DNA of 64,000 bases from Octopus vulgaris (Eukaryota): assembly GCA_951406725.2 (NCBI GenBank), contig OX597816.1, forward strand, positions 167,214,001 to 167,278,000, written 5' to 3'. The translations under genes were made by a program, and so were the position numbers. The notes below the pieces were generated by a model. That model was not told the origin of the DNA. It saw only the letters and a program-made list of their open reading frames with translations, and ran no database searches. Below are positions 14,459 to 28,219 of this stretch, piece by piece; within the stretch, counting starts at the first letter, position 1, and every line of letters begins with the position of its first letter.

Positions 14459-15007
14459 ATCAACCAAAATAAAATATCATTAAGTTCTACTGTATCATTA
14501 AACTCTTTCTTCTGATAGTTAATACTAAATGGCTATGTGTGTGTGTGTGTGTATATACATACATATATACATACATACACACTATGTGTGGGTTAACAAG
14601 GCAACCAATGGTTTCATGTGAAGAGATCTTCACAATTGTTTAAATATATTGGTACTTGTCTCCATTTTGGATAAGAACATCTATATGACACATACAGACT
14701 TGGAAGGAAATCATATGTTTAAATAAATATGATAAAAGCAAACAGCAGTGACAACATTTAAGAGCAATTTCCACCACTCTCTAAACAAAATTTATAAAAT
14801 AATAAATACCATACATCAGCCACTTGGAAATTCATCTTATGGTGCTTCTAAAACATATATATATGTATGTATGTATGTATATGTGAACATACATGCATGT
14901 GTGTGTGTGTGTGTGTATATGTATTGTTGTTGCAATGTGTAATCCTGGGCTAGTTATGTTCCAGCAGATCTATAACAGGTAGCAGCTAGGTATTTGGTCA
15001 ATCAGAC

Positions 15008-15134
15008 CAGTGGTTCTCAAACATATGACCGAAAGATTTTGTTATTAAGATTTACGTGCAATAAATTGGTTAATATATTATTACAATACACAAAATATTT
15101 TGACAATTTTTTAAATACAATTCCTTATAATATT

Positions 15135-15166
<32 letters not shown>

Positions 15167-15243
15167 TTGTATTTTTAAAACATAAAATGGCTATGAAGCG
15201 CCATTCAAATGAAATAGGTAAAAAAAATGGTTGAGAACCACTG
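15008..15243. mobile_element. hAT (Charlie-like) MITE
   Basis: Perfect 13-bp TIR CAGTGGTTCTCAA / TTGAGAACCACTG; the 8-bp TSD is only weakly preserved. Confidence 0.75.
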
Positions 15244-16212
15244 TACTAGATTATCTACAGAACCATAACTTTGGATGAAGGGCACACTTCACAGTCCAAC
15301 ATACATCGGCTTAAATGTGTGTGTGACCATGTCATGACATCACACACTGACTGTAAACAAACATCACCGTCATACAAATGCAATCTTCTGTGAAAACATG
15401 TCTGGCCACTGACCTGTTCATATTTGAAGGACTAAAGGAAAAAATTACTTAGCTTAGAAAACAAGTGAGGGTTGGTGAAAGGAGAGCATCTGGTTGTAGA
15501 AAATCTGCCTCAACAAACTTTGACCGACTCATGCAGGTATGGAAAAGTAGACATAAAACAATGAGGATATCTACACACACACGCACATACACCAGTGCAA
15601 TAGAGTAAATTTGTTTTGTGGAGTCACCGTCAACATGGGAATAATTAATCCTGTTGACTTAATCCTTTAGCGTTCAGATTACTGTAAAATGCAATGCTTA
15701 TTGGTTCACACTGTTTTGAATTAATCATGCATTATCCCATAGCTTTGAGAGTTTGATGATGTGATTGCTTGGTTTTAAAACATTGTAGGTTAGGTGTGAA
15801 AGGTCTGATCTAGTTGGCTGGAACAACAGAATATTTGAGCTGGACTCACTGGCACTGTTGATTACAATGAGGGTTTCAGTAGATCTGATCAGCAGAACAG
15901 CTTACTAGAGGAATTAATGTGCAAGTGGCTGAGTACTCCAGAGACATGCATATCCTTAATGTAGATCTCAGGGAGAAATAGTGCGACACAGAATGCGACA
16001 AGGATGGCCCTGTTTGAATTACAGGTACAACTCATTTTTGCCAGCTGAGTGGATTGAAGCAATGTGAAGTAAAGTGCCTTGCTCAACAGTACACTGCATC
16101 GCTGGGTGTCAACCTCATGACCTAACAATCAGAAGCCAAATACCTCTAACCATGGATTGGAGAATTGCGACCTTCATGCATCTTATTAAAACACCTGCAG
16201 AATATTTTTGAG

Positions 16213-16264
<52 letters not shown>

Positions 16265-16779
16265 ACAGGCACAGGTAAATAAACAAAAAGGTACAATCTG
16301 TGAGAAAAAGAAACAGAAAAACAAAACAAAAAAAAACTATTTAGATTGGTAAAAAGAAAATGGCAGAGGGGATACAGAAAAAGATAGAAAGCAAACAAAT
16401 CGTTACCGACAGGAGACTTAAGACTAGACAGATATATCAAGGTGCGATATAATATCTAATCCTGTACGGGTGGGTGGTCTGCTGGATTGACCAAGATTGA
16501 GAACTGAAAGGAAAATCATTTTGTTATAAAAAAGGAAACCAGCAACTTCTCTAAGACAAAGGAAAACCTGAGTTAATTTTAGTTTAAAGAAACAAAAACA
16601 ATAAAAAACAAATTAAATAAAAAAAGTAATGGTGAAGCAAAAATTATTTTTACTATATCAATTGCCACTCTGTAACTCTTACTGTTTCATTTTCCTCCTT
16701 CATCCTCCTTTCCTCTCTCACTCTCTCTCTCTCGTACTTACTATCCACTGGACTGTCTGTCTCTCTTTCTTTGGACTTA

Positions 16780-16816
<37 letters not shown>

Positions 16817-16959
16817 ACTGAGCATCTTTCTCTCTCTCTGTTTTGTTGTATTCCTTTATACCTCTATACAAAATATGTTGAATTTCATCCCTGATGGAGT
16901 CTGCAGAGGGGATTGACATGACCATTCATGCCCCCAGGGATTAATTAAATTAGTACTAA

Positions 16960-17040
16960 CTAGGTAACAAAGGCAAATCTTCCACTACTACTCCTCCTCC
17001 TTCCCGCCCTCTCCAATATCTGTGAGACTGTGGTGTGCCT
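16960..17040 (-). other. Candidate alternative terminal exon (RHTTVSQILERAGRRRSSSGRFAFVT*)
   Basis: Strong acceptor TTTTCTTTACAG at 17041-17052, then 26 phase-0 codons and TAG in non-repeat sequence. Confidence 0.3.
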
Positions 17041-17944
17041 CTGTAAAGAAAACATTAGAATTAATATATCAAAACATCAAAAGTATAAGTCTTTTATAGG
17101 GATTCCAACTAACATTGGGAAAAACATTTAGTCATAGAAACTTGGTTGGTTTCTTACTCTCTCTTTCTTTTTGGAGAGAGATGAAAAAAAAATTGAAGAA
17201 TACAAACAGAAAACCTAATGAGATCCAAGACTTGAACTGAAGTGCTGTGAAAAGAAACTTCAGATAAATAATTAGAAGTATAAAAAAATTTTAAAATATA
17301 ATACATTAATAAAAAAGAAACTGAATCAAAAATGCCATTTTATGAAAACGTTTTGATTAGATAAATATCAACAATTTTGGTCAATTAGCAATGAGAAAGG
17401 AATCTTGGAGAGCTTGAGTTCTAAATGTTACCAGCTGCTATGGGAAAGAAAACATTCTTCAGACGAAAAAAAAAAAAGAGGATTTAAAATGGTACTGAAA
17501 TAGAGGGGAAAAACACATACATAAAGAAATGAGAATCATATATTAATTGAAATTTTTTCTTACACAAAACTTTCCTATGTCCAATTGATGTTTCTAATGA
17601 GGAGAACTCCAGCAGAGAAGAAGCGAATGAATGTTGAAAAAGAGAATGAAAGAAAAGGGAAGAGATATGAGGATTATTAGGGAAAAAGGATTGGTTATTA
17701 GGAATTGTATTTTGTAAAGAGAACACAGAGCAAGGTGTCTGGGTGTGGAATATAAAGCAGACTGTAGAATAGAGAGGTTTCTGGGGTGGAATATCGAGTA
17801 ATGTGTCAGGTGTAGAATATAAAGCAGGGTATAAAATACAGGAATTTCTGGGTGTAGAATATAGGGCAGGGTTTTTGGGTATAGAAAGTATGCGGGGATT
17901 TGATACCTGGGTAAAAATGAAAAGAAATTGCTGCTGTTACTTAC

Positions 17945-17998
17945 TTTCTCAGTGCTGCCTTGTTTTATCAGCCAGCCTTGCTTCATATACATCATATC
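17945..17998 (-). CDS. MPRIP: Coding mini-exon, first strand of second PH domain (DMMYMKQGWLIKQGSTEK)
   Basis: TTCCAG acceptor, AAA|GTAAGT donor, 54 nt, phase 0/0. KxGWLxK is the canonical PH beta-1 motif. Confidence 0.9.
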
Positions 17999-18277
17999 CT
18001 GGAATAGGTAAAAAGGTATGTTGTGTACAAATGCTTGAGCAATGTAGCTAATGGAATAATCTAAACATCTACGGTGATGCCAACAAATGAAACACAAAAG
18101 ACTGAATTAACTTATATGAGCTGTTTAATAAATAAGCCTACAATATTTTGAGAAAAGTCTCGGTTTTCAAATGAAAAAGAAAATGAGTCCAGTGAAGTGT
18201 TTTGTTGCAAGTGATCTCAGCTTGTAATGGTCAAAATGTGAATTTACATGACAATTTAGCATTGAATGCTAATAATA

Positions 18278-18420
18278 AGTGATGATATATCATAATTGAA
18301 CTGGCTTCAATGAGATAAGTTTATCTCTGCTGGCTGGGTTGACATCCCGTCAGTTCCAAACCAGCCAGCAGAGGTAAACTCATCTCACTGAAGCCAGTTC
18401 AGTTAATGTATATCATCACT
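18278..18420. repeat. Imperfect palindrome, about 60-bp arms
   Basis: AGTGATGATATA...CTCTGCTGGCTGG pairs with CCAGCCAGCAGAG...TATATCATCACT. Confidence 0.88.
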
Positions 18421-18785
18421 GTCATTTAACATTGGCTTTCCCCATGCTTGCATGGGTCAGATGAAATTTGTTGAGGCAGATTTTCTATGGTCAGATGCCC
18501 TTCCTGTTGCCAACCCTCACAAAGACACATATATAGTTTCGTGTGTGTGTGTGTGTAACCGACTTCTACAGTTTCTGTCTACCAAATTCAGTCACAAGGA
18601 ATTAGTTGGCCTGGAGCTAAAATAGAAGACATTTTCCCAAAGCTTCGTGCACTGGGATTGAACCCAAAACCACGCAGTTTCAAAGCAAGCTTCTTAACCA
18701 CAGAGCTATGCCTGTACCTACTGTCTGCACCTATTAATAAATTCATTAACATTGTGAGCAGATAATTCATTAACCGATATCTTAC

Positions 18786-18854
18786 CTCAATCTTCCTCTC
18801 TGGTTTCATATCCTTTTGTTTTGATACGGAATTCATTTCTGAAGATTTAGCCAT
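18786..18854 (-). CDS. MPRIP: Small coding exon MAKSSEMNSVSKQKDMKPERKIE
   Basis: TTTAG acceptor after a T-rich tract, GAG|GTAAGA donor, 69 nt, phase 0/0. No recognisable homology; called on splice signals and frame. Confidence 0.72.
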
Positions 18855-19564
18855 CTAAATCACAAAAGACAAGAAAAACAATTAAAAAAAAAATCTTAAA
18901 AAAAACAACAAAAAAAAACAAAACAATTTTACCTGATATTATAAATTAGTTGTCAGTTTTGACATTAAATCTTTTCAAATTTGGAGTTTCAAGCAAACAA
19001 AATCAATAAAGTCTGATCAGTGAAATATATACTTTATAAGTTGGCCTTCATAATTAATATGGTATTTTTTTCTTTGATGAAAGAAGATTCTGGGATGATG
19101 ACAGTTTTGTTATCTTTCCGAAGAAGATTATTACAAAAAAATAAAACCAGAGACATACTAAAATGTAATCATTTTTGAACAATCATCATTAGCATTATCA
19201 TTGTCTTAACGATTAGTTTTAACACACTTCCATGAGCCAAGAGGTATATTTTGAGACAGATTTCACCAGCCAAATGCTTTCCCTATTGCCAACACTCATC
19301 GGTTTCCAAGCAAGGTGATAGCTTTCTCTAGTCTAGACATGTTTTCACTGGATATTGCAAACAAACAGCACCACTTGTATGACTATGTTTGTTTATAGAT
19401 AGCACACAATGTAAGTGCAGGTGTGACTGTATGATAAAAAAGCCTGGTTCCCAACCATATGGCGCTAGGTTCAGTCCCACTGCATGGCACCTTGGGCTGA
19501 CCAAAGCCTTATGAGAAGATTTGGAAGAAACTGAAAGAAGTGTGTGTGTGTGTGTGTGTGTGTA

Positions 19565-19850
19565 AGCACCATCCGAATCGTGGCCGATGCCAGTGCCGCC
19601 TCGACTGGCTTCCGTGCCGGTGGCACGTAAAATGCACCAATCCGATCATGGCCGTTGCCAGCCTCGCCTGGCACCTGTGCAGGTGGCACGTAAAAAGCAC
19701 CCACTACACTCACGGAGTGGTTGGCGTTAGGAAGGGCATCCAGCTGTAGAAACATTGCCAGATCAGACTGGGCCTGGTGCAGCCTTCTGGCTTCCCAGAT
19801 CCCTGGTCAAACCATCCAACCCATGCTAGCATGGAGAACGGACGTTAAAC

Positions 19851-19885
<35 letters not shown>
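19565..19885 (+). mobile_element. RTE-tail-related interspersed repeat (family C) with (GAT)n tail
   Basis: GGTGGCACGTAAAAAGCACCCACTACACTC..GGAGTGGTTGGCGTTAGGAAGGGCATCCAGC...AACCCATGCTAGCATGG; other copies at about 21636-21940 (-), 39975-40268, 50133-50409 and 59820-60245. Confidence 0.8.
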
Positions 19886-19886
<1 letters not shown>

Positions 19887-19925
19887 ATATGTATGTTAGA
19901 AGGTTTCGAGATGATGTACAGGTAT

Positions 19926-20137
19926 TATATATTAGAAGAAATGAGGTACTCAGAAATCCGGATGGTTTTATAAATCATGTATCATATATTAGCGCTTTCG
20001 TCCATTCTAGTGGAGCTTCAATGGACGAAAGCGCTAATATATGATATATGATGTATAAAAACATATAACATACTAATAAATATCTGTAAATATAAAACCA
20101 TCCAGATTTCTGAGTTCCTCATTTCTCCTAATATATA
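19926..20137. repeat. Imperfect palindrome with one-sided bulge
   Basis: Inner stem ATCATATATTAGCGCTTTCGTCCAT / ATGGACGAAAGCGCTAATATATGAT; outer stem 19926-19972 pairs with 20091-20137. Confidence 0.88.
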
Positions 20138-21589
20138 TATATGAGCATGTGAGCATTTTTGTTTGTGATTGTTCCTCACCACCACTTAACTGGTGTTGAT
20201 ATGTTTACACCCCTGTAACATAGCAGTTCAGCAAACAAAGACCGACAGAGTAAGTAACATGCTTTAAAAAAATAAGTACTGCCGTTGATTCATTTGACTA
20301 AAAAATTCAAGGCAGTGCCTCAGCATGGCTACAGTCTAATGACTGAAACAAGTAAAGGTTATAAAATACATATATTACGTAAGGATAATGAAGAGAAAAT
20401 TATTAAGAGCTGACCGACTGTTTCAGGGTTGAGTGTTTTTGCAGTTTTGGTGTAAAAGAAAAAGAAAACTCGATTCGAGTTGTAAGTCATAGATATCCAC
20501 GGTCTTAATACTAGCTGGCACAAACACACAGAGATTCATAGGTATGTGAATATATATACCGTTTCCATAGAATGTAGAGAGTAGTTGCTGATTAACAGTA
20601 AAATCACTTTTGGTTCATTACAATAATGTTTTAATCTGTCATAAACAGCAAAGTTATGAAGTGTGAATGTGCTATATCTACAATTGATATGGTTCACAAA
20701 TTGAGGTCTGCTCAAATCGAGGCCTTCCAACTAAAGTGTTAAGAATAAATACAAAAAAAAAAAAAAAAAAAGTAAATATTTAGAAGGGCCACAATGATCT
20801 ATTTATAACAAATTCACATTCACAACTTGACAAATATTTAACAACAAAAACATCAGTGAAATTAGATTGAAAGAAAAAATAGTTTTTTTTCTTTTCTGTT
20901 AAAGAAATAATTATATAAGAAATAATCTTTTGTGACAGGATTATCTGGTGACAAGAACTGGGAAAACAAGTTGCAGAGAGTCGAGTAAACAGGTGCACAT
21001 AGCAGACTAAGAGAGAGTATGCTCCGTTGAATAAATGGGCTTTTTCCAACATGAATAGAATGATTTTGTGAAAAGATACACTGAGAAACTGACCAAAAGA
21101 TTATCACACAGTAATATGTCTGTATGTGTAAACAAGTGCATATTCTGTATAAGAGGTTTTGTTTCAAATTCCTACGTATACTAATGCCCTTTTTTTTTTC
21201 TGTGAGGGACATATATGCACTAATATCAGACAATTTTCTATAGTCAATACAAAGTGAATGCTTACAATAATATTTACAAAATATATTTCAGTTCAGTTGC
21301 AGGATTTCTTAGAATCTAGGTATATCAACATGTAGGGCACCGGAATTGGCTGGGTACTTAGTAATGAGACTACAGTACATTGAAGCAACTCTTTGTCGTT
21401 TGTTGGTAGTATACTGTCAGTATGTATGCATAGTTGAAATTTACAGAAAAACAAAGGACGAAGACAGGTGTAGAAACAACAAGCAGGTGTATTAGTTTAA
21501 CACTCGGGAAGGTGAGAAAGTCGTTTACGTTTCAAACCTACGCTCTTCAACAGAAAGGAACAAGATGAAATAAACAGAGAGAGAATAAA

Positions 21590-21633
<44 letters not shown>

Positions 21634-23050
21634 CATGATCATCATCATCGTTTAGCGTCCGTTTTCCATGCTAGCATGGGTTGGACAGTTCAACTGGGGT
21701 CTGTGAAGCCAGAAGGCTTCATCAGGCCCAGTCAGATCTGGCAGTGTTTCTACGGCTGGATGCCCTTCCTAACGCCAACCACTCCGTGAGTGTAGTGGGT
21801 GCTTTTTACGTGCCACCCGCACAGGTGCCAGACAGAGCTGGCAAACGGCCACGAACGGATGGTGCTTTTTATGTGCCACCGGCACGGGGGCCAGGCGAGG
21901 CTGGCAACGGACACGAACGGATGGGGCTTTTTACGTGCCACACACACATAAATACATATACAGACACCCAATCCAATATAAACCATAGATACAACCCAGG
22001 GTTGGTTCCAAGAATAGTGTATGTATAAAAACACAAGTTTACTTGCATTCTTTTTATATACACACAAACTGCACACAAAATTCATCACAGACATGATATA
22101 TATACAATACAGATATAATATACACTGCACAATAATATACACATCACACATACAATAATTAACATTAACTTACAGATAACAGCAACAAGTGTTTTGTATT
22201 AAAGAAAGAGGCCACAAAATGCTAATTAAGAAATTGCTAATTCTACATACAACTGGCTTAATAAAATCTTTCTAACATGAAAAGCTCACTAATTTTAACA
22301 ATGACAACTCCAGCAGTTGCCCTTATGTCCACCTATCCACAATGCTTAAATGTGATGATAAACACAAGAAAACAATTTATATAAATAATACACACATATA
22401 TATATATATAAGACAAGAGGGGGCAGAAGTTGAAGATAATTTGTATAAATTGAATTTAGTTCCCTATTATGCAGGAATTGGCACTTGTCCTTAAAATAAG
22501 GAGACCAGTACAACAGAACTGTAATTAGACAGAGAAGGACATTCAAAAGTGAGGAAAATATTTTTTGCTGAGCTGTTAATAAAAAATCACAAAGAGAGAG
22601 AGAGAAAGAGAGATAAAAAGAGTGGAGAGAGCAGAGAGGGTGGCAGGGAGGGAGAAAAAGAGAGAGAGAGAAGGGGGCATATTTACTAAAGTAGAAATTT
22701 TTGTTAAGAGACATTTTAAATATCAGATGTTGCCTGGATTCACACAATTTGGGTCAACTTAAAAGTGGCCTCCGCCAAGGAGAACAGGTTAGTTAGTTCC
22801 CTGCCAACAATAAACGGTAATAACTGAAAATAGACATTCAATTACATTATATTTAAAGGGTGGAAATGTAACGAAGATAATCAAATGGACTAAATGCAGC
22901 ACAACATTAAATTATGTCTCTTGGGTTCAAGTTATAATAAACCTAATGGGAGAGTACTTTTAGCCTTCATCCTACTGGAGTTGATAAAATAGATACCAGT
23001 TACATACTAGGGACTCAATCAAATCAACTATATCTCACACTTTACAAATA

Positions 23051-23412
23051 CTAGCAGTATCACCCGGCGTTGCTCAGGTTTGTGTTGACCCTTTAGAATT
23101 GGAATTTTTGAAAAGTAAAAATTTTGCATTATGTAGCTTGTTATTCTCTTTAAGTGAACATTTTTCTGGTTGAAATACACCGAAAAATGGTGACACAGCA
23201 GTAAAAAAATTGTAAAAAATAGAGATTTTCATAGATAAAAAGCACCTTTTTGATGTAAATAACATGGTCCGATTTGAATTTTTTTTTCTATGGAAGGGAG
23301 AGCAAGCCTTCTTCTATCATACTCTCAATTTTGGTCAACTTGCGCCGCAGGGTCTTGGAGGAGATAGTGTTAGTTGAAGGCTACCAAACCTGGCATACAC
23401 AGACAACTTCAG

Positions 23413-23450
<38 letters not shown>
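23051..23450 (-). mobile_element. Non-autonomous Helitron-like element
   Basis: Minus-strand 3' end has hairpin CCTGAGCAACGCCGGG followed by CTAG|T; the 5' end lies in a TC(TA)n tract. Confidence 0.7.
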
Positions 23451-23467
<17 letters not shown>

Positions 23468-26232
23468 TTGCTATAATTGTTCCATTCCCACTCTGTTCAC
23501 CTCTATTGCTTGTCCCTAATCAGCTGTCATTCTCCTCTTAAACTCATACTCTCAAGAACTTATTCATTCATTCTTCATTCATACTCTCTCATATATACTT
23601 TCTTGTACCCGAGGAGTCTGCTCTGACATCCCTTCCCGACCCTCACTGTTGTCTTTCTAGCTATTCTCACTCTCATATAATGTGGGATGGCCATGTATCT
23701 CCTCCATAGCAAGACACCTTTTTCTGTCCCTCTATTCTACTTTCACTCTCAACATCTGGCAAAAAACCACCTCCTCTGGTCAAATGCCTCCCACCAATCA
23801 GTTCAGAGGGTTTTCTTCTTTTGTCTTGCAAATTACATGGCAGCCCCACCAGTGCTGGTGTTACAAAAAATGTACCCAGAACAATCTGAAATATGGTTGG
23901 AATTAGTAAAGGCATCCAGCCGTAGAAACTACGCCAATCCAGACATTAGCACTCAATACAGTCCTCTGGCTTTTTGGGTCCTATCAAACCATTAAACCCA
24001 TGAAAGAGACATTAAATGATGATATGTGATTATGTTGTACATGTCCAAATGCACACATGAATGGAGTAAACACATGTATACTTGAATGGTGATACATTGT
24101 CTGTATGCACCCTGCATGCATCGTTAATCTACAAGGATCCACAATCATATAATGAATACCATACACAAACCTGCACATGGCATGTTTACACCACATTCAC
24201 TCCTCCTCCTTGCTTAAATGTTCACTTTTTTATGCTTGCATGGCTCAGCAGAATTTGTTCAGGCAGATTTTCTATGACTGGATACCCTACCTGTCTGCGA
24301 CCCTCACCTGCTTCCAAGCAAATTAATATTAATATTTATCCATAGCCAGATGTGGTTTCGTGGAAGATTGGAAATAAATGGCAGTGACTGTACAACTATC
24401 ATGCAATGCCAAGGCAAAGACATTCACACACACACACACGGGGTGGTCTGGTGTTAGGAAGACCATCCAGCTGTAAAAACCATGCCGAAACAGACCCAGA
24501 AGTCTGGTGCAGTCTTCTGCCTGGCCAGTTCCTGTCAAATCATCCAGCCCATGCCAGCATGAAGGGTGGATGTTAAAAGACGATGATGGTGTGCCTGTGT
24601 GTACCAGAGTAAGCACATAAGTGTGAAACAATGTGGAAAAATTAGTACTCGAACACTGGAGGTAGAGTAATATGCTTTATTAACAAAGCATATATATATG
24701 TGACTGAGAAGATCCAGCAAATAAAGTGAGTCCACAGCTGTAACCTACACCAGTGTTGCATAACCAGCCCACTCAAAAGTACCTTGGATTGTAGAGTGAC
24801 ATGCAATGCTTGAGAAGACCTTTTGAGTCAAGTAAAATCAACAGCAATATCAAAATCAAATCAAATGGAAATTGTAGTTGTGAGCCCCATGCCAGTAGCA
24901 TGTAAAAAGCACCATCCGAACGTGGCCAATGCCAGTGCCACTTTGACTGGCTTCCGTGCTGGTGGCACGTAAAAAGCACCCACTATACTCTTGAAGTGGT
25001 TGGCATTAGGAAGGGCATCCAGCGGTAGAAACAATGTCAGATTAGATTGGGGCCTGATGCACCCTCCTGGCCTCCCAGACCCCAGTCGAACCGTCCAACC
25101 CATGCCAGTATGGAAATCATGTTAAATGATGATGATGTATGTGGAGGTGCAATAGCCCAGTGGTTAGGGCAGTGGACTCAAAGTCATAGGATCATGGTTT
25201 CAATTCCCAGGCCAGGAGTTGTGAGTTTATTGAGTGAAAACAAAGCTCCACAAGGCTCCAGCAGGGGGTGGCAGTGAACCCTGCTATACTCTTTCACCAC
25301 AACTTTCTCTCACTCTTCCTTCCTGCTTCTGTTGTACCTATATTTCAAAGGGCCAGCCTTGTCACACTGTGTCACACTGAATCTCCTCGAGAACTACGTT
25401 AAGTGAAGTGTACTTGGAGACCAGCATACCAGTCTCCCACTCTCCACACCACTGATGTTGTTCAAGGGAAAGGCAAAGGCCGATGCCACTTGGTATGTAT
25501 GCTTCAACAAGATCCAATGGGACAGAAGACTATGTTGAGCTCCAATGCCTGCTTTGCCACAGTTTCTAGGGATGGATGCCCTTCCTAACACCAACCACCT
25601 TAGAGTGTACTGGGTGCTTTTTTCATGACACCTGCACGAATGAAGGTCACCAACAGGGATTTGGTGTTATGGGGTTATGAAGTTGAAGTATGAAAGCGGG
25701 ACAGGCACAAGCGTACTACTACAGAGGAGATACATAGTTCCCCTACATTATATATTCTGAAGTTTCAGAGCATATTCCCAAGGTACAAGAAGGTGACTAT
25801 AAAATGAACATGGACTGGGGAGTGAGAGGCGTGGGTGGATACATTCATAAGAGTGTGAGGAGTGTGACAGGTGATTATATATATTTTCTTTCGTGTATAT
25901 AGCCATTTTCCTGTAATGAACTACAAAACCAGACAGGAGTGATTAAGAAAGCAAAAGTATTTGCATTCAACAAGATATTTTATGGTTGTCGTCGTTGCGC
26001 TAAGATTCTGATAAAAAGTTACATTAAAGCAGTGACATGCTCCTACATGTCCCAGCATAGAATCATATGATTCAGCATAATAAATTGAAGGAGATTTAAT
26101 AAACTGTATTGTGACAGGTAAAGTAGGGTCAGAGATATGGGGATATGATGTAGTGGAGGTGGCCTAATGAGGGCAGCACAGAACAGTGGAGGAGCTGTAG
26201 AGTGGTGAGTGTAGTTCAGAGCACCAGAATAG

Positions 26233-26583
26233 ATGTGTGTGTGTGTGTGTGTGATGGCATGAGTGTGTTTGTGATGGCATGTGTGTGTGATGGCGTGCGT
26301 GTGTGTGATGGTTACACTTGTGTTATGGCGCGTGTGTGTGATGGTGTGTATGTGTGTGTGTGTGTGTGTGATGGCGTGTGCATGTGGGTGATGGCGCGCG
26401 TGTGTGTGTGATGGCAGTGTGTGTGATGGCACGTGTGTGTGTGTGTGTATGTGATGGCGCACGTGTGTGATGGTGTGCGCGTGTGTGATGGCACGCATGT
26501 GTGTGTGTGATGGCACGCATGTGTGTGTGTGATGGCGATTATGTGTGTGTGATTGCATATGTGTGTGTGTGTGTGTGTGATGG
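26233..26583. repeat. (GT)n-GATGGC compound minisatellite
   Basis: Recurrent GTGTGTGATGGC units with variable GT runs. Confidence 0.9.
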
Positions 26584-28137
26584 AGATCAGAGAACCTCTC
26601 CAGATTGAGCCACTACTTCACATTGAGAGGTCACAGTTCTGTTATTATGGACAGATGGTTAGAAAGATGCAGGAAAGAATCTCAAAATAGACTCTTCAAG
26701 CTGAGCCAACTGGCTGGACACGTAGGGGGTCAGACCATGTGTGAGATGATTGAATTATAGCTATAGTCTCAGTTGGTCATGCTTGAGAATACATCCAGTA
26801 AATGATAGGACCCTATGAAGGAGATGCCTGATACACACACACAAAAGATTTAGCTGGTCTGAGGCTATAGTAGAAGAGACTTGCCCAAGGAGCCATGAGA
26901 TAGGACTGAACCTTGAACCATGTGGTTGAGAATCAAATTTCTTATGATACAGCCATGAGGAATAAATTGACACAAACTCCTCTACAACACTGAACCACTC
27001 TAGATTACCCCCACAGAACTTCATGTAATTCACCAGTTTTACCAAAAATTCCACACCTCCCCCTTGGTCCATTTCCTCACTCTACAGCCCCCACTCATCA
27101 TTGTCATTGTTTAACGTCCGTTTTCCATGCTGGCATAGGTTGGATGGTTTGATTGAGGTCTGGAGAGCCAGCAGCTGCATGAGGCTCCAATCTGATCTGG
27201 CAAGGTTTCTACAACTGGATGCCCTTCCTAATGCCAACCACTACGAGAGTGTAGTACTAATACATACAAATCCAAGAGAGAATCGCATACAATTACATGA
27301 CCTGCTAGAAATAGCAACCAGGTCTCCTTCAAATACTTTACTGTTTATAAAAAGAGAAGGACAACGTGGTCCTATCATTATCATCATTTAACGTCTGTTT
27401 TCCATGCTGGCATGGGTTGGATGATTTGCCAGACACTGGCAAACCAGAGAACAGTACCAGGTTCCAATTGTCTGTTTTGGCTTGATTTCTATGGCTGGGT
27501 GCCCTTCCAAATGCCAACCACTTTACAGAGTCTACTAGGTGCTTTTTAGATGGTACCAGCATCAGTCTTTTTTACATGGAGCCAGCACAGGTCCGAAATA
27601 AAAGAGAATGGCTATGTTCAAAATATCTTTGTTGGTAAACCATTTAGATCAAAAGTGAACTGGTAACTTTGAGCCAATGAAGGATCCTCTCCGTGGAGTG
27701 AATTTCTCTGCTAAAAATAGCAGCCACATCTTGGAACCACACACTATGATCTTACAAAATAAGGGAGACAACATCATCATTCTTTAACATCCATCTTCCA
27801 TGCTAGCATGGGTGGGACAAACAGACAATATAGTCCTAGATGAACTAGGACAGAATAAAAGGATGGATGACCATGGCAGGAACAGCTTAGTCTACCGAAT
27901 TAGAGACTACCCGGGGTTAAACAACTCCAACAGCCTTGGATATGTTGAAATAAAGAAATAAGGAGAGATGATCACAGCTGGAATGATTCTGATCTGATAT
28001 CTATACAGATGATGACCTCAGGCTAAACAACAGCTTGGCAAAAAAAACAAACACTATCACAAACAGAATGTTTCATAAATAAGATCAAAGACCAAGCATA
28101 TAATTGCTTATATGCACATAATTACATATACACAGTT

Positions 28138-28176
28138 TATATATATATATATACACATGTATACAGATACGTACAT

Positions 28177-28219
<43 letters not shown>

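Noticed and set aside
18932-19050. Extra exon ending in CAG|GTAAAA just upstream of the 69-nt exon
   Set aside because: No convincing acceptor or open frame found; the donor alone is insufficient.
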